Source: a virus (taxonomy: Duplodnaviria; Caudoviricetes). Taken from it: a DNA stretch of 64,000 nt. The translations under genes were made by a program, and so were the position numbers. Location of the stretch: IMG/VR virus record IMGVR_UViG_3300036868_000046, positions 1-64,000 of that record; one strand, 5' to 3'. The notes below the pieces were generated by a model. That model did no database searches, had not been told where the DNA came from, and saw nothing but the letters and a program-made list of their open reading frames with translations. This document shows positions 10,539-19,477 of the stretch, one piece after another (the first letter of the stretch is position 1; each line of letters starts with the position of its first letter).

Positions 10539-12392
10539 ATGGGAAGTATCTGCGTCTACGAGTATGGCCTCATGCCGCCCAGCGAGGGAGCGGCGATAGT
10601 CGATGGCCAGATGTTCAAGGCACACCGCTACTACAACGTGCTCATCGAGATCGAGCATGCACGTCGTCTCGCAGTCCGCACCGCGATGTCCAGCCACGCC
10701 GACCTCGTCCCGCTCGAGGCCGAGCTCGAGAAGCTGGTCGCCGAGCAGGACGCGGCGAGGACGGCCATCAAGGCCGGTCGCAAGGCAACGCGATCCAAGT
10801 CGGAGAGCGCCGAGCAGCGCCAGGCCGTCCGGACCCTGGGTGAAAGGGTCAAGGAGCTCCGCCGGCTCACCAAGGCCGCCAGGACGGCCGTGCGCGAAGA
10901 CCCCGAGATCGCGGCCAAGATCGAGGCCGCCAACGAGGAGGCCAAGGTCAAGTGCAAGCAGGCCCGCGCCGCGTGCGGGGTCTACTGGGGGACCTACCTG
11001 CTCAAGGAGCAGGCCGCCGACGCCGCGCGCAAGAGCGTGACGCCGCCCAGGTTCGGGCGGTGGACGGGGGAGGCGAAGGTCTCCGTCCAGATCCAGCACG
11101 GCCTGTCGCTCGACAGGCTGTTCTCCGGGGGCAGCCAGCAGATCCAGATCGATCCTGTGCCGGAAGAGGCGTTCCTGATCCGCGGAGCTCGCCGGCGGGC
11201 GCGCGCATGCCTCACCAACCTCCGCATGCGGGTCGCGTCCGAGGACGGCAAGCCGGTGTGGGCGCACTGGCGGATCTGGCTGCATCGCCCGCTGCCCGAT
11301 GGCGCCCTGGTCAAGGTCGCCACGGTGTCGCGGCGCAACGTCCACTGCTCGCGCCAGCAGTGGGTGATGCACATGACGGTCGACACGAGCGCCTGCAAGC
11401 AAAGGGTCCGGCCCGACGGCGGGGTGCTGGCCCTGAACCTCGGCTACTGCCTCACCGAGGAGGGGTTCATCCGGTCGGGATACGCGGTCGGGGACGACAG
11501 CCACGAGCAGGAGATCCTCGTGGTCAAGAGCGACTATTACCGGACGGACCACGTCCGGCCCGATGGCATCCCGAATCCGGGTCGCGGCGTCAAGCAGAAC
11601 TACATCGTGAACGGCCTCGGCAAGAGCGCCAGCATCGAGGGGTTCAGGGACAAGAACCTGAACGAGTTCCTGGCGACGATCGGGCCGTGGCGGGAGACGA
11701 TGGCGAGCGCCGGCAAGCTGCCGGAGTGGTTCGTCGAGCGCACCAAGACGATCCACGCCTGGCGCTCTCAGCGGCGCCTCTACGCGCTCCACACGGTATG
11801 GGGCAAGCAGCGGTTTGATGGGGACCAGGCCGGGTGGGATGTGCTGGTCGCCTGGCGCGCACGCGATGCCCACCTTGACGCCTACCAGGCCGCGCTCCGC
11901 ATCTCCTCGCTCCGCGATCGCCGCGAGGGCTACCGCATCCTGGCCTCGCGGATGGCCAAACGCTACCGGACGCTCATCATCGACGACTTCGACCTGCGGA
12001 CGTTCATCCGGACGCCGGCGGCGGAGAGCGAGCGGCCAAACGTCGAGGTGTACCGGAAACAGCAGTTCACCGCGGCGTGCTCCGAGCTGCGCCAGGTGTT
12101 CGCCAACGCGTTCGGTGCCGAGAACGTCGTGAAGCTGTCGAGCAAGGACGTCTCGCGGCTCTGCCCGTGCGGCAACATCGTCGAGGTGTCCCCGGCGCGC
12201 ATCCAGGTGTGCGGGGCGTGCGGCATCTCCTGGGACCAGGACGCGAACGCCTGTCGCAACCTCCTGCGCATGCACGCCGCCCAGGGCGCCGGACCCGCGA
12301 AGGACGAGAAGAAGCCGAGCCGGTCGCAGCGGCTCCGATCGAACAAGCGCAAGGGCAAGGGCGATGCGCAGGCCAGCGAGGCGACGCAGTGA
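10539..12392 (+). CDS. Cas12m-like (type V-M / V-U1) CRISPR effector, about 617 aa, with a non-canonical RuvC
   Basis: AGGAG RBS. N-terminal YEYGL...AHRYYNVLIEIE, long coiled coil, GVYWGTY, RWTGEAKVSVQ and HRPLP. RuvC-I VLALNLGY (Asn in place of Asp), RuvC-II LIIDDFD (Asp in place of Glu), zinc finger CPCG..CGACG, RuvC-III WDQDANA. Size and motif order match my recollection of Cas12m; the cognate array is nearby. Confidence 0.8.
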   Translation: MGSICVYEYGLMPPSEGAAIVDGQMFKAHRYYNVLIEIEHARRLAVRTAMSSHADLVPLEAELEKLVAEQDAARTAIKAGRKATRSKSESAEQRQAVRTLGERVKELRRLTKAARTAVREDPEIAAKIEAANEEAKVKCKQARAACGVYWGTYLLKEQAADAARKSVTPPRFGRWTGEAKVSVQIQHGLSLDRLFSGGSQQIQIDPVPEEAFLIRGARRRARACLTNLRMRVASEDGKPVWAHWRIWLHRPLPDGALVKVATVSRRNVHCSRQQWVMHMTVDTSACKQRVRPDGGVLALNLGYCLTEEGFIRSGYAVGDDSHEQEILVVKSDYYRTDHVRPDGIPNPGRGVKQNYIVNGLGKSASIEGFRDKNLNEFLATIGPWRETMASAGKLPEWFVERTKTIHAWRSQRRLYALHTVWGKQRFDGDQAGWDVLVAWRARDAHLDAYQAALRISSLRDRREGYRILASRMAKRYRTLIIDDFDLRTFIRTPAAESERPNVEVYRKQQFTAACSELRQVFANAFGAENVVKLSSKDVSRLCPCGNIVEVSPARIQVCGACGISWDQDANACRNLLRMHAAQGAGPAKDEKKPSRSQRLRSNKRKGKGDAQASEATQ

Positions 12393-12726
12393 GCAACGGT
12401 GCGACGCCCATGCTGGACAGCCATGGGAGGGTGCTCAGCGAGTGCCCCCAGGACAAGCGCAAGAACTATCCGGTGAGTCCGGACTGTTGCGGGGCGCCCC
12501 AAGGTCTGTACTTCGCCAAGACCATCTATGATGGGGAACGCCTAGTCGCTATCGGCGGCTATATGCTGCGCTGCGCCGTCTGTCACTCCGAAATGGAGGT
12601 CGACCTCGTGACCACCATGATCGCCGGTCACTGGGTACGGGAGGTACTATGAAGTGCGTCAACTCACCCGCGAAGGACGAGAAGAAGCCGAGCCGGTCGC
12701 AGCGGCTCCGATCGAACAAGCGCAAG
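12294..12726 (+). repeat. Identical 60-bp direct repeat, 12294-12353 and 12667-12726
   Basis: A copy of the cas12-like 3' end recurs about 370 bp downstream. Confidence 0.9.
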
Positions 12727-13103
12727 TCCAGCGATCAGACCAGCGAGGCAACACCATGAGCCAGATGCCACATGATGATCCGGAATTTCCCATGCTCGAG
12801 GGGCCATTCGAGAGCCCCCGACCGAACCAGACCAGCGCGGACGACGCGCCGTGCGCCGAGCGGATGACCCGCGCCGAGCTCGCCGACCTGCTGGAGCGCG
12901 TCGCACCGCTCGTCCGATCGGGCGACTCCGCCGAGGGCCGGATCCAGTACCTGCTGCCCGACGAGGGGCCGTGGGACGATGTCATGGTCAGCGTCGCCGT
13001 GCGCTCCGGAAATCTCGGGGGCACCGGCTTCTGGCACGTGATCACGGGAGGTCAAGACATGGACAGCCTCCTCGCCGAGCTCGACAGGAAGGGGCGCCCG
13101 TGA
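12389..13103 (+). CDS. Two small hypothetical ORFs (12389-12652 Cys-containing; 12756-13103)
   Basis: Open frames; GTGA overlap with the cas12-like stop codon. Confidence 0.5.
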
Positions 13104-13327
13104 CCCGAATCGCGCTACTCCTCGTGGTCGCCGCCATGTCAGCGGCCTGCCCGGTGTCTCCGGGCCCCGATCGCTCCACGGTCGAACAGGAGCTCTCGGG
13201 GTCGGGGTCTCCCCTGGTCCGCCCGGATGACAGCTTCTGCGGCTCCCCCTGCTTCGATGACCTCGACTGCTGGGGTGACCAGTGCGTGAGGTGCCTCTCC
13301 GGTCAGTGCCGCGGCCACCCAAGGTGA
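13100..13327 (+). CDS. Small Cys-rich lipoprotein
   Basis: Lipobox MSAAC followed by CGSPCFDDLDCWGDQCVRCLSGQC. Confidence 0.65.
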   Translation: MTRIALLLVVAAMSAACPVSPGPDRSTVEQELSGSGSPLVRPDDSFCGSPCFDDLDCWGDQCVRCLSGQCRGHPR

Positions 13328-13380
13328 GGTGACCGCGAGGATCCTGGAGCTTGAACGGCTCAAGCCGTACAAACGAAGGC

Positions 13381-13928
13381 ATGAAGGTCACCGCCGAGAC
13401 AATCACGGACGAGCAGATCCTGCAGATGCAGGAGGAAACCGTTGAGCTGTTGGGAAGGTTCCCACCGTGCACAACGATCGCGCTGGCGCGGCCGGTTGGA
13501 CGCGATCGGCGTGCTCAACACAAGGTTGCACGCACACGCAAGCTCTACCTTGCTGCGCGTGAGGCATGCGCAGCCCTGTGGAACGCTCGGCACGGAGACG
13601 AGCCGTGAGCATGCACACCCGCAAGACCCTCGCCGGTCGCCTGCATCAGCTGCACTGCCTGATGTGCTTCGACGTCGTGCGCAATGTTCCCAAGGCCAAC
13701 CCGTGTCGCTGCCGCTGCCATCGGGTCACCGCCGAGACGATCACGGACGACCAGATCCGTGAGCTCTGCAACTCCTGCGAGATCTCCTTCGACCGCCTGT
13801 ATCGGGCGGTTCATCGCGAGCGGCCTGTAGGGGAGAGCCAGGCCGCGTACGATAGGCAACGGCTGTACCACAGGGGGCTCGCCGCCGCGGCCTGGAACGC
13901 CCGCCACGGAGACGAGCCTATCGAGTGA
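13381..13928 (+). CDS. Two paralogous small ORFs (13381-13608, 13605-13928) sharing VTAETITD.QI..L and A.WNARHGDEP
   Basis: Shared motifs at both DNA and protein level; a third relative lies at 49119-49340. Confidence 0.65.
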
Positions 13929-13949
13929 CCGCCATGGAGGACGAGCTCC

Positions 13950-14259
13950 GAGTGAGGACCGTGACGTAACACACTCGCGCTCTCTGCCTGCGCCTACCGC
14001 GAGGTGGTGGCGCACAACCTCATCACGCACCTGGAGGCACCGTGAAGCTCAACCCAACGTCAAAGCGAGACCGCTACATACTGACCGTCACTCTCCCGAC
14101 GGGGGAGCAGACGATCGCTCATCAGCTCTGTCAGACGCCGCAGCGAGGCAACGAAATCATGGTCATGGACCTAACAAGGCGCGATCCCTTCCAGCGCGCG
14201 AAGGAGCGTTGCCCTTGAGGCTCTCAACCGCCCTGAGTGAGGACCGTGACGTAACACAC
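13950..14259 (+). repeat. 25-bp direct repeat GAGTGAGGACCGTGACGTAACACAC (13950-13974, 14235-14259)
   Basis: Exact match seen by eye. Confidence 0.8.
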
Positions 14260-14308
14260 CGTTCCACGTAGCAAAGTGGTCCGACCTGGGGCATACGATC
14301 CGCCCCCA

Positions 14309-15745
14309 ATGACGTCACGTGGCTTTCACTTCCTGTTGGTGTTGTTGGCCGGGTGTGCGGGGCCCGCTCTGCGCGTACAGCTGGGACCCTCGGAGCTCCT
14401 CCTGGGGGCGCCAGGATGCTCCCAGGCGACGCCAGGCGATGACCTGGACGACCTGGGCGCCATCCAGGCGGCCATCAATGCCCGCTGCTGCCTGGGGCCC
14501 GGTACGTACGACGTGGATACGCCGGCCGCGCCGCCGGGCGGGCGCCGGCCGTACGCGATGCTGACCGTGCCACTGGATGCCGTGCTCTGCGGCGCCGGTC
14601 CGACCACCGTGATACGGTTCCGCGGCTCCGCCGGCGGGCAAGACTGGCGTGGCATCCAGCTCGCCGGCGGGGGCATCCATGACGTCCTGCTGGACACCTC
14701 CCAGCTCGTGGGGACCTCGGAGCAGACGCACGCCATCCACGTGCGAGGCCCGGCGACCGGCCTCATCGATCGGGTGAGCATCCACCACCCCGAGCGGATC
14801 GCCGGCGGGGTGACGCTGCCGGGCGGCGACTGCATCGACGTGGTGGGGTACGCGCCGGCCGAGCTGGTGGTGGGGCTCGTCATCCGGGACAGCCAGTTCC
14901 TGGCGTGCGACCGCGGAGGCATCCAGGTGCACGGCGGGACCCTGAACCTCACGGTGACCGGCAACGAGTTCCACCGGACCGGCAACCTCGACCTCAACAG
15001 CGAGGGATCGGGCGGATCCAGCCACTGGATCATCGCCGGCAACAGGTTCCGGGCCTCCGACGGCAACCACAGCGAGTACGCCATCGCGCTCGACCTGGTG
15101 GACACCGTGTCGGTGGTCGACAACCAGATCGAGCGCGGCGTGTACCTGTACAGCTGCACGCACTGCTCGCTGGTCAAGAACGCCATCACGATGACCGGGG
15201 GCAGCGCGGTCGAGACGGGGACCATCGAGGCCATCAAGGGCTCGAACGATCTGGTGATCGAGGAGAACGTCATCCGCCGGCCGGCGACGCAGGACTTCGG
15301 CCCCCTCCTCCACGTTGGTCCGCATGGCACCGCGCAGAGCGTCGGCGTTCGCGTCATTCACAACGAGCTCATCCAGGAGACCACGTCGGACATGATCTAC
15401 GCCGAGGGCGTCGCCGACCTGGCCATCGTCGACAACGCGCTCGAATACCGGGCCGCGGCGACCGGCGCCGCCGGGGTGCGTCTTCTGGGCAGCGCCACCT
15501 ATGGAACGTCGAAGGTGGCGCTGGTCGGCAACACCTTCGCAGGACCGCTCCGCTCGGCCGTCATGACCGGCGGCTCGGGGGAAAGGCAGGGGATCGGCTC
15601 GCTCTTGTCCGCCTGGAACATCGCGGAGGCGCCGGGGCTGGCGTGCGTCAACACGTCCGGCATCCAGGGGCCGCTCCTCCTCATCTACAACAGCTGGCCG
15701 GCGGCGATCTGTGGGTCACCGCCCATCCCGCTGATGCTTCCGTAG
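14309..15745 (+). CDS. Lipoprotein with a right-handed beta-helix (pectate lyase 3 / depolymerase-like)
   Basis: Lipobox LLAGC, DDLGAIQAAINA...PGTY, and repeated V.I.DN.F beta-helix rungs. Confidence 0.75.
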   Translation: MTSRGFHFLLVLLAGCAGPALRVQLGPSELLLGAPGCSQATPGDDLDDLGAIQAAINARCCLGPGTYDVDTPAAPPGGRRPYAMLTVPLDAVLCGAGPTTVIRFRGSAGGQDWRGIQLAGGGIHDVLLDTSQLVGTSEQTHAIHVRGPATGLIDRVSIHHPERIAGGVTLPGGDCIDVVGYAPAELVVGLVIRDSQFLACDRGGIQVHGGTLNLTVTGNEFHRTGNLDLNSEGSGGSSHWIIAGNRFRASDGNHSEYAIALDLVDTVSVVDNQIERGVYLYSCTHCSLVKNAITMTGGSAVETGTIEAIKGSNDLVIEENVIRRPATQDFGPLLHVGPHGTAQSVGVRVIHNELIQETTSDMIYAEGVADLAIVDNALEYRAAATGAAGVRLLGSATYGTSKVALVGNTFAGPLRSAVMTGGSGERQGIGSLLSAWNIAEAPGLACVNTSGIQGPLLLIYNSWPAAICGSPPIPLMLP

Positions 15746-15756
15746 ATTCCGCTCGC

Positions 15757-15868
15757 GTCTCAGGCGTTCGCCTGAGCGTGTCCCCATTGGTCGGTTCGTG
15801 GGTCTCAGACCGATGTCTGAGCGCTTCACCCTCGTGGGTCTCAGGCAGACACCTGAGCATTTCCTGAC
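15757..15868 (-). repeat. Mini-array A: 3 minimal CRISPR-repeat hairpins GTCTCA-N-TGAGC
   Basis: Units at 15757, 15802 and 15838, each with a different paired inner stem; spacers of 24 and 15 nt; intergenic. Confidence 0.75.
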
Positions 15869-15898
15869 TGTGGACATGTCCGCGCATGATAGTTTCAT

Positions 15899-16300
15899 GT
15901 GGACATGGCGTTCACAGGCACCCCCGTCATCCAGCAGCTGAACGATCGCACGGTGCGCATCACCGGCGTGTCCCTCGCGCTCTCCACCGCCGGGACCATC
16001 GGCCTGACGGGGGCGACGGGCACACCGCCCGACATCACCCTCCCTGCCAACTTCCGCGCGGCCGTGTACAGCTACAACGGCTCCTCGGTGCCGCTGCAGG
16101 CGAGCATCCAGTGCTGGGTCGAGCCGGTGACGATCGCCGGGGTCACCAACCTCCCGCCATCCGTCGGCAAGACTGGGACCGCCGTGACGGACTTCCGCAT
16201 CACCATCACGAACACCAACACCGGGCTCGCAACGCAGGACCTCGAGATCCTCGTCATCTCCCACATGCCCTACGTCGGCGCGCCCGCGCAGATCGCCTGA
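15899..16300 (+). CDS. Beta-rich putative virion protein (paralog of 19119-19475)
   Basis: MAF.GT.V..Q..DR.VRITGV.L.....GTI.LTG.TGT.PDITLP is shared with 19119-19475. Confidence 0.7.
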   Translation: MDMAFTGTPVIQQLNDRTVRITGVSLALSTAGTIGLTGATGTPPDITLPANFRAAVYSYNGSSVPLQASIQCWVEPVTIAGVTNLPPSVGKTGTAVTDFRITITNTNTGLATQDLEILVISHMPYVGAPAQIA

Positions 16301-16308
16301 GGTCCACC

Positions 16309-16944
16309 ATGTCATCGGACAAGCTGTTCGTCATCCTCGACTTCACCGGGGTCGTCATCGGCGGCACGCAGACGCTGAGCCACGGGCTCAAGATCAACGG
16401 CCAGCCACTGGCGCCGGACATGGTGTGGCTCCAGTACCCCGACCTCTTCGAGGTCACCGCGGCGACGACCACGAGCATCACCGTTCACAACGTGAGCGCG
16501 AGCGGCGGCGCCACGCTGGCGCTGTGCCAGGTCATCCATCCGATCATGCGCTCGTTCGGTTCGCCGCCTGATGACGGCTCGCTGATACAGCACATGACGC
16601 CCCAGCCGTTCGTAGTCGGCTCGCCGAACGCGACGCCGACTCCGACCCCGACGGGACTGACCGTGACGGCGGTGCAGACAGCAAACGTCGTCCTGACCTC
16701 GAGCTCGAACGTCGTCCGGGTGAACCCGACCGGCGGGGCTTTCAGCGTCACGCTGCCGGCTGCCTCCACGGTCGGTGGCCAGTCGACCATCGTCAAGAAC
16801 GTCTCGTCCTCGGGCAACCTCATCACCGTGCTGCCTGGAGGGGGCGACACCATCGACGGTCTGGCACAGGCAACCCTCTCCGGGGATCACTTCAAGTGGT
16901 GGGTCATCAGCGATGGGGCCTCCGGCTGGATGATTGTCGGCTGA
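16309..16944 (+). CDS. Putative spike/fibre-associated protein
   Basis: C-terminal V.LP.A......Q...VKN...SGN.ITV.PGGGDTIDG motif typical of phage fibre domains. Confidence 0.55.
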   Translation: MSSDKLFVILDFTGVVIGGTQTLSHGLKINGQPLAPDMVWLQYPDLFEVTAATTTSITVHNVSASGGATLALCQVIHPIMRSFGSPPDDGSLIQHMTPQPFVVGSPNATPTPTPTGLTVTAVQTANVVLTSSSNVVRVNPTGGAFSVTLPAASTVGGQSTIVKNVSSSGNLITVLPGGGDTIDGLAQATLSGDHFKWWVISDGASGWMIVG

Positions 16945-16965
16945 CGCATGACGACAGAGACAGGG

Positions 16966-18470
16966 GTCTCAAGGCGATTCCCTGAGCTTCCTTGCCGTTG
17001 GTGCAGGTGTCTCAAGGCATGGAGCCCTGAGCGTTTCTTGCGACGACAGTCTCGGGTCGGGTCTCAAGCACGTCTCAAGGCATGGAGCCTTGAGCATTTC
17101 TTGCTACCGGATCGCACCTTCGCCGCGCGCGTCCTCGGGTGGCAGGTCTCAAGGCGTTTGAGCCCTGAGCATCCCTTGCGGTGACGAGCTCGCGGTAGAT
17201 GAGCCTCCAAGTCTCAAGGCGAGGGCCCTGAGCATCCCTTGTGACAAGTACGGCCTCGCGTGCCTGGTCTCAAGGCGCGGTGCCCTGAGCATCTCTTGCG
17301 ACGTCAACGGTAGAGCGCGCATGCTGCACGTCTCAAGGCATGGAGACTTGAGCATTTCTTTGCGACGACAGCCACCGACGCGTCTCAAGGCATGGAGCCT
17401 TGAGCATTTCTTGCTACCGGATCGCACGGAGTTCCCGTCTCAAGACGGGAGCCTTGAGCACTTCCAGAGGGTCCATGGCTGCAGGTCTCAAGGCGAGGGC
17501 CCTGAGCATCCCTTGTGACAAGGACGGCCTCGCGTGCCTACCGACGGAAAGCGTCTCAGGGCGAGAGCTCTGAGCATCCCGTATCCCGGGGCTGTCAGTC
17601 TCAAGGCGAGGGCCCTGAGCATCCCTTTCCCTGCCCACACATCGCCCGTCGGGTCTCAAAAGACACGGAGCCTTGAGCATCCCTTGTTGCGTCATTGCTG
17701 GGTCTCAGGGCGTCGGCCCTGAGCATCCCTTTGCAACCCACATCACCGCCGGTGCCGATCTCGCGTCTGGAATTCGATCCGTCCGATCTGCGTCTCAAGG
17801 CATGGAGCCTTGAGCGTTTCCAGCGCGTGCTCGAATCTCAAGGTGATGAGCCCTTGAGCATCCTCCTTTGCGACCGGACCGCGCGGTAGTCGTCGACGAC
17901 GGCGCCCCGTTCGACGCTCTCGGTATCTGGATTGGGGTCTCAAGGCATGGCGCCTTGAGCATCCCTTGCGACACTTCCGGACCGTGTCTCGACATTACGG
18001 GAGTTGGAGTCTCAAGGCATGGAGCCTTGAGCATCCCTTGCGACATCTCATGGGCGCCGCCGCCGACAACCACCAACGAGTCTCAAGGCATGGAGCCTTG
18101 AGCATCCCTTGCGACATGTCGGCGGCGACGGCGTATCCGTCGCGCTGCATCTCGTCTCAAGGCATGGAGCCTTGAGCATCCCTTGCGACCCGTGCCTCGT
18201 TGTTGCGCCAGAGCAGCGCTTGTTCGTCTCAAGGCATGGAGCCTTGAGCATCCCTTGCGACATCTCATGGGCGCCGACAACCACCAACGAGTCTCAAGGC
18301 ATGGAGCCTTGAGCATCCCTTGCGACGTCCCCGACCGCGTATCCCGACCGGATGAACCCCTGTCTCAAGGCATGGAGCCTTGAGCATCCCTTGCGACACA
18401 ATGTCCGCGCCGCGTGCATCGCCTGCAACCTGGAGTCTCAAGGCATGGAGCCTTGAGCATCCCTTGCGAC
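16966..18470 (-). CRISPR. CRISPR array, about 24 repeat units; 36-nt consensus (minus strand) GTCGCAAGGGATGCTCAAGGCTCCATGCCTTGAGAC
   Basis: 7 perfect repeats at 18009, 18080, 18154, 18226, 18291, 18362 and 18435, plus a 1-mismatch copy at 17937, with 29-38-nt spacers. About 16 degenerate units run 16966-17874. The minus orientation puts the 8-bp hairpin plus AC next to the spacer, and a recurrent variant gives a G-U pair only on the minus strand. Confidence 0.95.
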
Positions 18471-18646
18471 CCTTCGTTCCAACTATTCAGTTATCACCAG
18501 GACTTGGATACCTGGTTTCGAGCGGTGGGATCTTCCACGCGAAGTGAGTCACGCTCGTTATTGAGCGTGACGAGAATCCCCAACGTCTCCAGACAGTTGA
18601 TACACGCGAGCGGCCTCCTTGGCAAGCGCGTCACCTCTCCGCTCGC
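18471..18646 (-). promoter_or_regulatory. Putative CRISPR leader
   Basis: Lower GC, adjacent to the most conserved repeat; contains inverted repeat GTCACGCTC/GAGCGTGAC. Confidence 0.6.
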
Positions 18647-19078
18647 GTGATGGTCATCTACCTGGAACTTTCGCTTGACAGGCGATCTCGGATCGCTAGG
18701 GTGACAACGAGGTGCTTCGAGATGCTGACCACAGAACGACTCCATGCGCTCCGGAGGCGCGCGTCCTCGGTCTACGATGATGAGACCATGCAGCGCTCAA
18801 GAAGCGCTGCCCGAGCGCTTCTCCCAGCGATTCACGCACTTGCGCGATCCAAGGGGCAGACGGCGATGCACGCGATCGCCGCCGAGCTGGTAGGGGTCGA
18901 TCCGTCCCTCTGGGACCGGCACGGCTCGCTGGGACGGCTGGCGGCGCGCCTGGCCATCAGCGCGGGGGTCGAGCACGTCCGGGGAGCGCTGGCGTTCTGG
19001 GCGACGGAGCATGATCCCCAGGTGTGGCGGATGATGCTGACCTCGGCCGAGCGACTTCCGGCTGGCTGGACTACGTGA
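18647..19078 (+). CDS. Hypothetical protein (true start may be downstream)
   Basis: Open frame. Confidence 0.5.
   Translation: MMVIYLELSLDRRSRIARVTTRCFEMLTTERLHALRRRASSVYDDETMQRSRSAARALLPAIHALARSKGQTAMHAIAAELVGVDPSLWDRHGSLGRLAARLAISAGVEHVRGALAFWATEHDPQVWRMMLTSAERLPAGWTT
18675..18702 (+). promoter_or_regulatory. Possible sigma70 promoter TTGACA-N16-TAGGGT with a palindrome GCGATC/GATCGC in the spacer
   Basis: Consensus -35 and TAnnnT -10; motif match only. Confidence 0.35.
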
Positions 19079-19118
19079 GACTTCCCTTACCTGGGATGGT
19101 TCGGGTATCTTCCGGGAC

Positions 19119-19475
19119 ATGGCATTCAACGGAACCGCAGTGCTTCACCAGGTCTCGGATCGAGAGGTCCGCATCACCGGCGTGCTTCTGACGACCGGGG
19201 CGTCCGGGACGATCGCCCTGACGGGCCATACCGGGACGACGCCCGACATCACGCTGCCGGCGGCGTTCAAGCCGGCGCCGTACGACTACAGCACGGCGAC
19301 CGTCTCGCTGATCGACTCGATCCAGTGCACGCTGCGGTACATCGACGGAACCGGCGTGGTGACGAACTGCGTGATCGCCAAGACGGGGACCACCAACGCG
19401 GACTTCCGCATCACGGTGACCAACCCGAGCGGCTCGTCCACCTCCGCGATGGAGATGTACGTCGAGTACCACTGA
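19119..19475 (+). CDS. Beta-rich putative virion protein (paralog of 15899-16300)
   Basis: See 15899-16300. Confidence 0.7.
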   Translation: MAFNGTAVLHQVSDREVRITGVLLTTGASGTIALTGHTGTTPDITLPAAFKPAPYDYSTATVSLIDSIQCTLRYIDGTGVVTNCVIAKTGTTNADFRITVTNPSGSSTSAMEMYVEYH

Positions 19476-19477
19476 AG

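Noticed and set aside
10260-12392. Calling the RuvC protein a plain IS200/IS605 TnpB
   Set aside because: It is about 617 aa with a long N-terminal coiled coil, has altered catalytic residues, has no adjacent tnpA or IS ends, and a compatible CRISPR array is nearby.
17149-18745. ORFs called across the CRISPR array
   Set aside because: They are translations of repeats and spacers.
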